DNA of 42,784 nucleotides from Candidatus Hodarchaeota archaeon (GCA_016839785.1 JAEOTQ010000068.1:1-42784), one strand, 5' to 3'. Shown: positions 1 through 9,896, numbered from the stretch's first letter. A program made the numbers and translations. The notes: generated by a model from the letters alone, not told the origin.

Positions 1-1
1 A

Positions 2-481
2 CAAGGTCGACTATCGCTTCAAGAACTCTCCAAACGTATTGAAATTGATGTGGAAGTGATAAATGAACGATTGGATTATCTCCGTCATCATAATCTCATT
101 CACGAAACAATCCAAATTAATCCAGTAAAATCTCCAAGAGAAACCCTGACCATGTTTCAATGCGAATTTACAATCTTAAACCATTTAATACAACAGGAAA
201 TTATGCGAGAAATAAATACACTACCACATTTTTGGCCAATTAGTTCATGGCGCTCATCTGATAAACCTATTTTGTTTTTAAGTTTTTACTGTTCATCTTA
301 TACCGAAGTAGGAAAAATACAAGCTCTTTTGACTGAATTACCAGGAGTTAAGAGTATAATTAAGATTATGGGTGGAACTACGTATTATTTCACTGATATT
401 CGGGATGAACTCATAGAAGAAAAGCGTAGCCACGGGTGGTTCTCCCCAGAAAAATGGGTCACTGATTCTACGAGAGAATAA
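2..481 (+). CDS. Lrp/AsnC-like winged-HTH transcriptional regulator, 5' truncated by the window edge
   Basis: Frame is open from position 2 and reads QGRLSLQELSKRIEIDVEVINERLDYLRHHNLI, an AsnC-type HTH pattern; the C-terminal 'LLTELPGVKSI' resembles the ligand-binding domain. Confidence 0.6.
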   Translation, partial: QGRLSLQELSKRIEIDVEVINERLDYLRHHNLIHETIQINPVKSPRETLTMFQCEFTILNHLIQQEIMREINTLPHFWPISSWRSSDKPILFLSFYCSSYTEVGKIQALLTELPGVKSIIKIMGGTTYYFTDIRDELIEEKRSHGWFSPEKWVTDSTRE

Positions 482-521
482 TACTCGTAGCTTTATATTG
501 CAAGAAAAATTAAGAGGGGGA

Positions 522-586
522 GAGTTGGCCTTTGGGGAATAAATTCCTCAAAAGCCTGGAAGAGTGTTCCAGCAAAGCAATCACTC
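522..586. other. Structured intergenic element with two adjacent hairpins between convergent genes
   Basis: GGCCTTTGGGGAAT-AA-ATTCCTCAAAAGCC and CTGGAA-GAGTG-TTCCAG, with possible outer pairing GAGTTG/CAATCACTC. Confidence 0.4.
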
Positions 587-609
587 ATAAGTTAATAAAC
601 ACCTAAGAA

Positions 610-1251
610 TTAATATCCTACTACTGGGTCATCTTTCTTCTTGGAATGGATTGAGATTACTTCTAATATTGTTTGTTTAACCATTTCTGATGTTTCTTTG
701 TTAAGATGACCATCTAGTTGATCTAACAATTCTGAATCTAGAAAATCAAGCAATCCTAATCCCACAACTGCACCAGCGCGAACAACCGCAGATGAATCAT
801 AAATAAGAGCATGCAGTAAGATTTCTTCGGCTCCTTGTACCTTTAATCTTCCTAAAGCTCTAGCACATCGATCTCTAATTTGGATGTTTTTTTCATTCAT
901 ACATTCCCTGAGTTTTTTCGATAAATTATCTGATAGGGGGGCTTTTGAGTAGCTTAAGGCGGATATGGTATTACTACGGACAATATCGATGGGATCTGAC
1001 AGTAATGGTTCTAAGAGGGGATTAATTATGTCTCCTTCAAGAAAAGCTAATGTCATCACTACCTCTGCTCGAACTTCAGATGTAGGATCAGAAAGAGCTG
1101 AAACTAGTTTTGAATGGAGTTCCATCGAAATATCTGCTATTGGGATTTCAAGCCTACCTATTTTTCTAATCGCTTCGGCTCGCACATATGAACTAGATGC
1201 TTCCATTTTTTTTAAAAGTCTTGAAAGCTCCTCTTTCTGTGACATTCTCAT
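610..1251 (-). CDS. HEAT-repeat (PBS lyase-like) protein
   Basis: Repeated L-x-D-x-x-x-x-V-R-x-x-A-x-x-x-L units, e.g. LSDPTSEVRAEVVMTL and DSSAVVRAGAVVGLG. Confidence 0.85.
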   Translation of the reverse strand: MRMSQKEELSRLLKKMEASSSYVRAEAIRKIGRLEIPIADISMELHSKLVSALSDPTSEVRAEVVMTLAFLEGDIINPLLEPLLSDPIDIVRSNTISALSYSKAPLSDNLSKKLRECMNEKNIQIRDRCARALGRLKVQGAEEILLHALIYDSSAVVRAGAVVGLGLLDFLDSELLDQLDGHLNKETSEMVKQTILEVISIHSKKKDDPVVGY

Positions 1252-1349
1252 TAACCAAGCTGATTATTGTAAAGAATACAAATAAAATCCTTGGTACTAT
1301 TAGCTTCTAAAAATCAATCCATCGTGACAATTTCATAATCCTCATTCAT

Positions 1350-1679
1350 TTAGGTACTTTGACTCGAATTTGTACTTGGGTTCGAAGTGACTTTTAATGG
1401 GCAATTAGGACAATCAGGAACATGTCCTGTTAATTCACAAATAAATGATTGGTTGTCATTCGTTGTACATTGTACCAAGCTGTGGAAGTAGGTACACTCG
1501 AAATCATAATTATTACGATAAAGACGATCAAAGGAAAGAGGAGATCCAGCGCTGCGATAATGACACTTGGAGGGACAGAACCGAAAATAATCTTTATAAA
1601 CTATACAAAGGAATAAATTTTCACTTGCAGTTTGATCTATGACTTGATGTTGGCAGGTTCCTATAATAAATCCCTCCAT
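1350..1679 (-). CDS. Small Cys-rich putative metal-binding protein
   Basis: 109 aa with two Cys clusters (C..C..CPSKC; C..C..C..CPNC); starts 5 nt after the luxC stop, so probably co-transcribed. Confidence 0.65.
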   Translation of the reverse strand: MEGFIIGTCQHQVIDQTASENLFLCIVYKDYFRFCPSKCHYRSAGSPLSFDRLYRNNYDFECTYFHSLVQCTTNDNQSFICELTGHVPDCPNCPLKVTSNPSTNSSQST

Positions 1680-1684
1680 TCTTG

Positions 1685-3133
1685 TTAAACAACAGATTTT
1701 TCATCAGTGATCCATTTACACATTCTACGGAGGGGTTCTATTGCATCTTGGGGTGTCGCCATACTAGCACTAGCAGCAAAACCCAGAGAAACAACTCTCT
1801 GTACCCCATAAAGAGGTAAGATGTTTCGAATTTGCAGTTTGAGACCCTCTGGATATACACCGACTGTTTGGGTATAAGAATTCACTGAGCGAATTGCTGA
1901 ATCGATGGTATCAATTGGAACAAGATTTACAACTCGACTGCATAATCGATGAGAAAAATCAACAGGTTCATCAAATTGAGAAACTATTACAGCTCCTTCG
2001 TTGACTTTACCCCCATAGACCTGATAAAAGTCATCCTCAAGGCGAATACCCTCGATATCATCTTTAAGTGATTCATTAAAGATCTTCGGGGGAGTAGAAA
2101 CATGCGAGGGAAGATTGACTAGAGCAGAGTAAAGTAACTTTCCGAAATGGTTTAGATTATTTATTCCATCATCATTAGTCCCCGATTGGACATACATAAT
2201 GCGCGAATTCAAGCAAGCCTCTTGGTTAAATGCTCCCACATCAATTGCAGCTCTTTGAGCAACGGCATGTAGAGTATATTCGTCCTGAAACGCTTCATGA
2301 CCAATGATCGAGATACTGATCTTAGGATCAAAAGTTATCAAGTCTAAACCTGGTTGAAGATATTGACTAATATGTTTGATTGAATTGAAACCACCCCAAG
2401 CAATAATTTTCTCAATATTTTCAGGACGATAGAATTTTTCTTCAAATTGTCTATCCCCTCCTCGCCAATAAAGGACACTACAATGTTTAGTTATAGGATG
2501 TTGGGGATCCATGTCCATCATTGTTTGAATTAGAGCTGTAGCAGTAAGAGGGTCATTGGAAGGTAGCTTGAAAATGGCGTCACTCCGTGTACCGCAACTT
2601 CTAATAAGAGACGCGGCGGCAACAGTCGGAACATTTCCCGCAATGATATGAACTGTACGAGACCCGAATGCCCTTATAGATATGGTTCTCCCATCTTCCA
2701 TTGTCGTAGGTACCCAGTTTTCAAGATATTTTAGACCTATTCTTTTTTCTAGCATCTCACGAATGTTTGATGGGTGAAATAATATAGGTAATGAGCGATA
2801 AGTAGTATGAAGTACTTCAGGTGTTAAACCTGAAGCCTCACATGCAAGGGCATATGCTGCTTGTAGATATTCATTTTCTTTTAAGACTAAATGTTGTCCT
2901 AAATCGTGGAGAAAAGAAATTATCTCTTCTATAGACAAATCATAAAGATCTCTCATCTTTGACAGGTCAGACAGGGAAATTTGGTTCACGTACTTCTTAG
3001 CGCTTGGTGTAATAAATTTAGCTCCGTTTCTTCCACCAAAAGTGTCGGTGTAGTCATTTATTTGCTTTCCCCTAAGAAGAATGGGAATCTCAAATAATTC
3101 GGAATCTAGAGTTTTAGTAAGGGTCGATTGCAT
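1685..3133 (-). CDS. luxC: Acyl-CoA reductase, LuxC family
   Basis: Motifs HIIAGNVP, KLPSNDP, AWGG and QEAC (catalytic Cys); ATG at 3133 is preceded by GGAGGA. Confidence 0.88.
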   Translation of the reverse strand: MQSTLTKTLDSELFEIPILLRGKQINDYTDTFGGRNGAKFITPSAKKYVNQISLSDLSKMRDLYDLSIEEIISFLHDLGQHLVLKENEYLQAAYALACEASGLTPEVLHTTYRSLPILFHPSNIREMLEKRIGLKYLENWVPTTMEDGRTISIRAFGSRTVHIIAGNVPTVAAASLIRSCGTRSDAIFKLPSNDPLTATALIQTMMDMDPQHPITKHCSVLYWRGGDRQFEEKFYRPENIEKIIAWGGFNSIKHISQYLQPGLDLITFDPKISISIIGHEAFQDEYTLHAVAQRAAIDVGAFNQEACLNSRIMYVQSGTNDDGINNLNHFGKLLYSALVNLPSHVSTPPKIFNESLKDDIEGIRLEDDFYQVYGGKVNEGAVIVSQFDEPVDFSHRLCSRVVNLVPIDTIDSAIRSVNSYTQTVGVYPEGLKLQIRNILPLYGVQRVVSLGFAASASMATPQDAIEPLRRMCKWITDEKSVV

Positions 3134-3163
3134 TAGAGTATCCTCCAAAAAAAGGGGAAGAAA

Positions 3164-4591
3164 TTATTCTTCCTCTAAATCTAGTAAATAGTCGATAAAA
3201 GTGTCATATGCTTCTTGACTGCCTGCACAACTAATTTTATCGCCCCCATCGCTCTTCTCACTAATTCGCTGGATTTTCTTCTCTAACCAAGGACCAGTTC
3301 GACCACAGGCACATTGATCATCGTCCCAATGGAGAGTAACTTCATCACCTGTGAGAAATCCACCCCAGTAGCTTTCTGTTAACAAATCGTAGAAACCAAA
3401 GCGTCCTGTTTGTGTACCATTTCGTGGTAATACTTGTCCATTATTATCAAAAATGAATGGAATGAAGTGGGGATAGATATGATAATGACTTTTATCACAT
3501 GAGGGACAATAGCCAGTTGTTTCTGTCATCCCGTAGCCATCACGTATGTTTTGAACTCCATAGAACTTACAGATCCTTTCATACCAATCATCAGGAACAG
3601 TTTGTCCTTTTAATCCTCCACCAGTGACAATGGCAGAATTGGAAGCAAAAACATTGCTCAAACCCTGCTTTTCTCCTTCTAGAGCGGCATCAATCATTGA
3701 TGTCAGTGTACCCATGATAAACACCTGACGACCTCTATAATTTGTAACCATATTATCAAAGAAAGCCGCCATATATTTTGGACGATTTCGCTTTAATCGA
3801 ATGAGTTCTCCTTTGTTATAACTTAGTGCTTTTAACATTTGGAGTTTTCCTAGTTCTCCTTTTGCTTTTGCTGATTGCAATCTGCCAGCTAGAGACATGA
3901 AATCTGCAGATAAGAAACCTGGGATGGCTGTATGGTATTCTTCCTCTGAACCAGCTAATATTGGACCGAAACGACTCAAAACTCTTTGAGCTAGTTGCCT
4001 ACCATCAGCAAAACTAGGAAAAAATACAGGCATTTTCGTCTTATGAGGATCCGCGCCAGTAAGAACCTCTATGAACAGATAAAAGGCATTCTTGAAATTC
4101 TCCATTTCACTTTCACTGCGAGGGAGAAAACTCAGCTTTCCAGTTGTTCCTGTGGAATGGACAATATGAATCTCTGATTGGGTTTCAATTGCCTCTAACC
4201 AAGAATCAATTGAGTTACAGTTAGCTGTTTGTATTGATGATAAATCATGTGTGGTTAATTTATCTAACCAAGCTGTCAGTTTATCAAATTTCTTTTTCTC
4301 GATGAAAGTAAGTGGATAGCTCTTGTAGACCGTATGTTGGAATAAAATTGGAGCTAAATCGTTCAAAGTACTGATTTCAGATATTTTTTGTTCATCTGCA
4401 AGCTTTTTAAGTGCACGAATTCGGGGGTAGAACCAATTAAATCGCTTTTGAGCACCAGCTAATTGGATTTGATTCACAAATTCTGTTTCAAGGCTAAACA
4501 ATTCATCATTGGTAGCATGGACCAGAGATTGTGGATTTTCAAACATTTTCGTTTGTCTTTCCCCCGTAAGTTTACTTGTTGATATTACCAT
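3164..4591 (-). CDS. LuxE-like acyl-protein synthetase (ANL superfamily)
   Basis: STGTTGKLS loop, TGGGLKG, YGMTE, GFLTGD and a C-terminal ISCAG; adjacent to luxC. Start uncertain (4612, 4591 or ~4546). Confidence 0.8.
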   Translation of the reverse strand: MVISTSKLTGERQTKMFENPQSLVHATNDELFSLETEFVNQIQLAGAQKRFNWFYPRIRALKKLADEQKISEISTLNDLAPILFQHTVYKSYPLTFIEKKKFDKLTAWLDKLTTHDLSSIQTANCNSIDSWLEAIETQSEIHIVHSTGTTGKLSFLPRSESEMENFKNAFYLFIEVLTGADPHKTKMPVFFPSFADGRQLAQRVLSRFGPILAGSEEEYHTAIPGFLSADFMSLAGRLQSAKAKGELGKLQMLKALSYNKGELIRLKRNRPKYMAAFFDNMVTNYRGRQVFIMGTLTSMIDAALEGEKQGLSNVFASNSAIVTGGGLKGQTVPDDWYERICKFYGVQNIRDGYGMTETTGYCPSCDKSHYHIYPHFIPFIFDNNGQVLPRNGTQTGRFGFYDLLTESYWGGFLTGDEVTLHWDDDQCACGRTGPWLEKKIQRISEKSDGGDKISCAGSQEAYDTFIDYLLDLEEE

Positions 4592-4625
4592 TTTCACTAA
4601 CCTCTGATACACATCCCGAGAATGC

Positions 4626-4646
4626 CTTAAATATTCAAAATCTGTC
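4626..4646 (-). promoter_or_regulatory. Conserved 21-bp upstream motif, copy 1 (before luxE-luxC)
   Basis: Minus strand reads GACAGATTTTGAATATTTAAG; matches the copies at 7531, 9897 and 17064. Confidence 0.6.
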
Positions 4647-4753
4647 CAACAAAGGCGTAATCAACACATATATTATAAACTCCTTTTAAGGAAATGCTTT
4701 TTTTAACAATTTCACATTCATAAGGTGAAGTTGGGATTCACTCTTGAGCACTG

Positions 4754-7513
4754 ATGACGATAGCTCCGAAAAACGAAAAGGTCCTTTGGAAAAGGTATGA
4801 GTCTGCCTTAGAAGACTATACTTTAACCCGAGACCTTGACGATATGGTTGCAGTTTTCAAAGATATTGTTGAATCATCCTCTCCCAAACCTCCTATTGCA
4901 TTATTATCTAGTATCGCAAATCGTTTTGCGAAAATCAAACGCTATAATGATGCCAAACTGATCTTTGGTATGATCTTGCAAGAAGAAGGTCACCATAGGG
5001 AGACTTGGAAGGCCCTTTCCTCCCTCTACTTTAAATTAAAAGATAACAGCAAAGCTGAGTTTTGTTTACAGAAGTATTATTCACTTAAGGGAGGTAGTGT
5101 GTCTATAAATCCCTCTGTGAGAAACAGATTAGCGAGCGCAGGGAAACTCAAATCATTACCAAGTGATCAACAACTCGGTCTTCAAAAAGCAAAACAAATT
5201 CAAAATCATGCCCCCAAAAGTGTATTATCCTTAGATGAATTTTACAAACATTTTAAGATAAAGAACGAATCTCTTCCACCTGTAATCAAGCGGATTATTC
5301 AATTTGCGGAACATCAAATAGTTGATTATAGATTCTTTAATAAACAGAGCGGAGAATATGGAAAAGAGGGATTGCAGTTACTTCATAATGAAGAAATAAT
5401 TCAATATTTGAAGGAAAGAAATATTACACGGCTATACAAGTTTCAAGAGGAAGCTTTTGAGAGAATTTTATCGAATCAAGACGTAGTGATTTGTGCTCCC
5501 ACTGGCAACGGTAAGACAGAGGCCTTCCTTCTCCCCGCTCTATTGAAGATAAAAAAATTTGCAGGTTATGGGGTGCAGCTTCTAATAATTTATCCTCAAA
5601 AGGCCCTAGCTAAAGATCAGCTTAGAAAAATTACAGAGATTGCCAATATACTCAAGCTTTCAGCAGAAGTATTTGATGGTGACACCTCCCAATATAGACG
5701 CAGGAAAATCTTTGCTGATCCCCCAGAAATATTGATCACAAATCCTGATATTCTTCATTATCATCTTGGAATTGGAAAGAATTCTGGATTTTTTCAGAAT
5801 TTGATCAGTAATTTAAAAATAGTCGTGCTAGATGAAGTACATACGTTTTCGGGTACTTTTGGGAGCAATATGCACTTCATTCTTCGACGTCTAGAACGAA
5901 TTTTGGATCAGAGGATTCAATATATTGCAGCGTCTGCAACTGTAGCTAATCCTCAACTCTTTACTAGTCGCTTATTGAATCGGCCAATCACAGTAATTGA
6001 ATGTCAATATGGACGAAGAGGTCGATTACATTTCTTAATGATCGCCCCATTCGACGGTATGTCTACTTTTGATGGAATTTCAAGTTTATTGAATTCAATT
6101 AAACAATTTGGGAAAATTCTAGCTTTTCAGGATTCACATAGAAGTGCAGAATATTTATTTCAGAGATTAAGAGGATCTTCTGAAAGCATAGGAATTCATA
6201 GGGCTGGATTATCGAAGAAAATTCGTGAGGAAGTAGAAGCGCAATTCAGAGAAGGAGAAGTCGATTTGCTTATAGCCACTCCGACCTTAGAATTGGGAAT
6301 TGATATTGGTGAGCTAGAAATTGTTGTTACACCTCCAATATCTGTAAATCGTGCTATCCAGAGAATAGGTCGTGCAGGAAGAAAAGGTCAAGATGCTGTA
6401 GCAATCATCCACCTTAATTCTGATGATCCGATTAGTCATTATTACTACAGTAATCCTGAACGTTATTTTCAAGAGGTAGAAGATATTTTTTTCGACCCAA
6501 CCAATCCTAATGTGGTTGAACATCAACTTCTAGCCGCAGCTCTTGATCATCCATTAGGGATTGATGAATTTCCTGAAAATATCCCTACTATACAAGAATT
6601 AGAGGAGAATAACTATTTTCAACGATTTGAGAAAGGAATTTTTGTCCCAACAGAACAAGGTATAGAAAAAGCTCGAAAATATTCAATCAGGGGGACGAAC
6701 CATGAAATCCAAATTAAAATTCATGGTGGGAGGTATATTGGTAAACGAGCAATGCCGCTTGCGATGTATGAATTGTACCCAGGCGCTTATTATCTAGCAG
6801 GTGGGACAAGGTATCGAGTGTTTAGCTATAGATTTAATGGATATCGGGGAACTGCTGAGTTAGTAAAGCCAAAAAATGTCTGGGGGCAAACGTTTCCAGT
6901 AGCAAGGATGAAGCCTCAAATTCTAGAGGTTCAAGAACCCTTAATTGATGCTTATGGCGTTGAGGTTGGATTAGTAACGGCAAAAATTCTTCAATCAGTT
7001 GTAGGATATAGACTTCAAACCCCGTCTGGAACAGAAATTAAGAAACTACGAACTCCCCAATATTATTCCTCCCAATCTAGAGGATTATTGTTTCAAATTC
7101 CATTATCATCTCTAGATATGCAATTAGATCAGAACAGGTTTAATAATTCCTTACATACTCTTGTACATGTACTCCTTCATGCAAGTTTACCTTTTATTGG
7201 TGGCCAAATTCATGAAATTGGAGGATTAACACTCCTTCCTCAAGGATATATACTTTTATTTGATCAGGCCACTGGATATGGAATATGTGAAATGTTGTTG
7301 AGGCATTTATCCGAACTCTTTACACGAGCACGGAAAATTCTTGATTGTGACTGTCAAGATGGGTGTCCCAAATGTTGCTACTTACACCGTTGTAGTAAAA
7401 ATAATGCATCATTAGAGAAAGAGGGAGCACAAAAAATTCTTGATTATATCATACAGGGGGCGAAAATTCCCCTGGGTACGGATTATAACGAATGTAGAAT
7501 ATTTATTTCTTAA
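4754..7513 (+). CDS. SF2 DEAD/DEAH helicase of the Hrq1/SftH/YprA type (C-terminal DUF1998 Zn domain) with an N-terminal TPR-like region
   Basis: APTGNGKT, DEVH, SAT, HRAGL, TPTLELGIDIG, QRIGRAGR and C-terminal CDCQDGCPKC; N-terminal helical pattern KRYNDAKLIF..TWKALSSLYFKL..KAEFCLQK. Confidence 0.9.
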   Translation: MTIAPKNEKVLWKRYESALEDYTLTRDLDDMVAVFKDIVESSSPKPPIALLSSIANRFAKIKRYNDAKLIFGMILQEEGHHRETWKALSSLYFKLKDNSKAEFCLQKYYSLKGGSVSINPSVRNRLASAGKLKSLPSDQQLGLQKAKQIQNHAPKSVLSLDEFYKHFKIKNESLPPVIKRIIQFAEHQIVDYRFFNKQSGEYGKEGLQLLHNEEIIQYLKERNITRLYKFQEEAFERILSNQDVVICAPTGNGKTEAFLLPALLKIKKFAGYGVQLLIIYPQKALAKDQLRKITEIANILKLSAEVFDGDTSQYRRRKIFADPPEILITNPDILHYHLGIGKNSGFFQNLISNLKIVVLDEVHTFSGTFGSNMHFILRRLERILDQRIQYIAASATVANPQLFTSRLLNRPITVIECQYGRRGRLHFLMIAPFDGMSTFDGISSLLNSIKQFGKILAFQDSHRSAEYLFQRLRGSSESIGIHRAGLSKKIREEVEAQFREGEVDLLIATPTLELGIDIGELEIVVTPPISVNRAIQRIGRAGRKGQDAVAIIHLNSDDPISHYYYSNPERYFQEVEDIFFDPTNPNVVEHQLLAAALDHPLGIDEFPENIPTIQELEENNYFQRFEKGIFVPTEQGIEKARKYSIRGTNHEIQIKIHGGRYIGKRAMPLAMYELYPGAYYLAGGTRYRVFSYRFNGYRGTAELVKPKNVWGQTFPVARMKPQILEVQEPLIDAYGVEVGLVTAKILQSVVGYRLQTPSGTEIKKLRTPQYYSSQSRGLLFQIPLSSLDMQLDQNRFNNSLHTLVHVLLHASLPFIGGQIHEIGGLTLLPQGYILLFDQATGYGICEMLLRHLSELFTRARKILDCDCQDGCPKCCYLHRCSKNNASLEKEGAQKILDYIIQGAKIPLGTDYNECRIFIS

Positions 7514-7530
7514 CCAATGAATTCTCTTTT

Positions 7531-7551
7531 TACAGATTTTAGATATTTAAG
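7531..7551 (+). promoter_or_regulatory. Conserved 21-bp upstream motif, copy 2
   Basis: TACAGATTTTAGATATTTAAG, upstream of the 7626 ORF. Confidence 0.6.
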
Positions 7552-7625
7552 TTGAGTTAAGGATACAATAATGATAAGTCTAGAATTTCGGAGAATTTTC
7601 AATATAAATTAAAAATGAGAGTAAA

Positions 7626-8810
7626 ATGATAAGTAAGAATATTTTAACTACAATTATTGGATTTCTATTTGGTTACTTGTTGTATTCTGTTATTGACATT
7701 AGTACAATATTAATATTTCTTTTTGGAGGAACAGGATATTTCATTGGCCTAATTCTTGATAATGCAGATAGGAGACTCCAAATTGACAAGTTTCATTTTT
7801 CCAATATCGCTTCTAGCCATGAAGTTTTTTACTCGGATATTCTGCCAGAAGCTGTGATTATATATTCTATGTTCGATAATATAACCACAGTCTTACTTGA
7901 TTATAAAATTGATGCAAAACCTGAAGATTATCGATTATCAGTTCTAAAAAATCTTCAAGAATTTGATTTTCGAGTTATAGAAGATTCTTCCAAGACAATC
8001 TTCTCCCTAAATATTGAATTTCCAGAATTTAACTATTCAACAATTACTAATTCTGAAACAGAGTTAGAAAAATTTCTCTACGATATAAGAGAACAAAGTA
8101 TTGATTTCCAGGGAGCTGTGCAAAAAATAATACCAGGATTAGTTCTGAGCACCATCGAAAGGCCAGATATTTTTGGGGATCAAAATCGACGTGTTTCTGA
8201 CACCGACAATTTCCCTCACTCAAGTATTCCCCCTGATTCTCCCAATGGAAGTAGAAAATTATATTCCATACTAGAGAAAGAGGATGAACTGTCTTCTAAC
8301 TCTACCGAGAGGATTGAAGAACCAGAAACTTCAGAAATAAAGACTGAAACTGAAAATGATATAATATCTGATCTATTTAGTTCTCGTTCAACCGCTCAAA
8401 TAATTTCAGAATCGGTAAATCAGACAATGAGTGAAATTACTGACTCTGATATTAAGAAACATCCAAATTTATTAACTGCGAATAAAATCAAAGAACAGAG
8501 TAAAGCAATATTCCCCCTCCAAGAGGAAGAAGAAGTGGATATTCTTCCCCAAATGGAATCTGAAAACGAATATCAACCCACAAAATTAGATCTTGAGAAT
8601 CGTAGTTCATCGAGCGAGATTAAAAATAATATTAAGAGTGAGAAGAGCTTAGATGCTCTGGAAGAGGCAGCAATCCATGAAAATGACAAACCATTATTAG
8701 CGAAAATAGTTGAACAGATAGATTTCGTAAACAGTGAACGTAAAAGTAATATAGAATCTGAATTTAATGAAAATATTAAACTAAAAGAATCATCTAAGCA
8801 AGAAACTTAG
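7626..8810 (+). CDS. Hypothetical membrane protein: two N-terminal TM helices, a globular domain and an acidic low-complexity tail
   Basis: Two hydrophobic segments in residues ~5-45; E/S-rich C-terminal half. Confidence 0.75.
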   Translation: MISKNILTTIIGFLFGYLLYSVIDISTILIFLFGGTGYFIGLILDNADRRLQIDKFHFSNIASSHEVFYSDILPEAVIIYSMFDNITTVLLDYKIDAKPEDYRLSVLKNLQEFDFRVIEDSSKTIFSLNIEFPEFNYSTITNSETELEKFLYDIREQSIDFQGAVQKIIPGLVLSTIERPDIFGDQNRRVSDTDNFPHSSIPPDSPNGSRKLYSILEKEDELSSNSTERIEEPETSEIKTETENDIISDLFSSRSTAQIISESVNQTMSEITDSDIKKHPNLLTANKIKEQSKAIFPLQEEEEVDILPQMESENEYQPTKLDLENRSSSSEIKNNIKSEKSLDALEEAAIHENDKPLLAKIVEQIDFVNSERKSNIESEFNENIKLKESSKQET

Positions 8811-9318
8811 CTAACATTGATGGACGACATTTTAAACAGTAAGACCGTCTTTGATAAAAGAATAAATATTCTCCACAATAGGAACAATGAATGTTAATCT
8901 GTGCAACAATTGGTGGTGTATTCTGATTTTCGTTTGTGTCTAGAAAATATAATCGAAACAATTTCTGCTTTTCACAATTACTTAATGGTGAATTTAGCAA
9001 AATGAGAAAAGAATTTTGTAATTGATCTTGAGAAATTAATGATTGTATTGCTAGTTCAGTTATATCCTTATTCGATGAAGGGAGGAGGGGACTTAAACTG
9101 ATCAATGCTTGAGTGGGGTCATTTCTTGATAAATAAATACGTGCTAGTTTGTGTCGAATTTCTTGATCTCGCGTTGGAGCAGTACGTAGTAAATAGTTCA
9201 AGTCACTTATTGCCTGATCAAATCGTTTTTCCTTGAGCAGGCCTTCAATCCCATTTAAGATTTCGACCTTTTTTTTCTCGTTTGGAGTACAAACTAAAAT
9301 TTTTTTCCGACTTGGGAT
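8794..9318 (-). CDS. TPR plus C-terminal zinc-ribbon protein (start extended beyond the ORF track to a probable ATC)
   Basis: Frame is open to 9342 and the extension completes a TPR (LLKEKRFDQAISDLNYLL); GGAGGGA lies 6 nt before ATC at 9318; C-terminal CSYC..CLKC. Confidence 0.65.
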   Translation of the reverse strand: MPSRKKILVCTPNEKKKVEILNGIEGLLKEKRFDQAISDLNYLLRTAPTRDQEIRHKLARIYLSRNDPTQALISLSPLLPSSNKDITELAIQSLISQDQLQNSFLILLNSPLSNCEKQKLFRLYFLDTNENQNTPPIVAQINIHCSYCGEYLFFYQRRSYCLKCRPSMLAKFLA

Positions 9319-9334
9319 AGAATCTCCCTCCAGT

Positions 9335-9844
9335 TCAACTTTTTAATACTCGAGGACGATACCATAATGGGACGGTTGAAAAAGGAATTTTGTATCGTTT
9401 GTTCATGGCATTTACTATTACTTCTCTAATTTCAGGGTCTAAAGGTTGTTGAATTGCTGGTATCCGATTTCTTATCTTCCCCTCCCTTGAGATCGAAATA
9501 ACTCCAACTCCTACTTCTTTTGCCCAAGAGAGCTGTTCCTCCAAAGTATCTCCATTTAATATCTCAAATTGCTCGTCAGGACATAATAAATAACAATAAT
9601 CACAAAATTGACTGTAGATTGTTGGATGATTGACATGTATCTGTGTTTCTGCTTCGAAGAAGTGAATAGAACTATCCAACTGACAGATACTCGCTAAATC
9701 AATTCGAATTAAGTTCTGATTTACCATTTCAGAGATTCTAATATGTTCACTATTTCCAATTTGAAGTTCTGTATATGTTTGGAACTGAACTTCATCTCTC
9801 AAATAAAACTCTAACCGAGTAACAAGCTGATTTTCTGATAACAT
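9335..9844 (-). CDS. PD-(D/E)xK-fold protein resembling the MmcB family
   Basis: E..RIDL..IHFFEAE..YSQFCDYCYLL..GVGVI pattern; the E-x-K motif reads E-A-E. ATG at 9844 follows GAGGT. Confidence 0.55.
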   Translation of the reverse strand: MLSENQLVTRLEFYLRDEVQFQTYTELQIGNSEHIRISEMVNQNLIRIDLASICQLDSSIHFFEAETQIHVNHPTIYSQFCDYCYLLCPDEQFEILNGDTLEEQLSWAKEVGVGVISISREGKIRNRIPAIQQPLDPEIREVIVNAMNKRYKIPFSTVPLWYRPRVLKS

Positions 9845-9896
9845 AAACCTCAATTATGATTGAATTTTCCCTTTTTATACTTGAAATACTAGACTG

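Noticed and set aside
1685-4612. Bioluminescence operon
   Set aside because: No luxA, luxB, luxD or luxG; LuxC/LuxE pairs occur widely outside luminous organisms.
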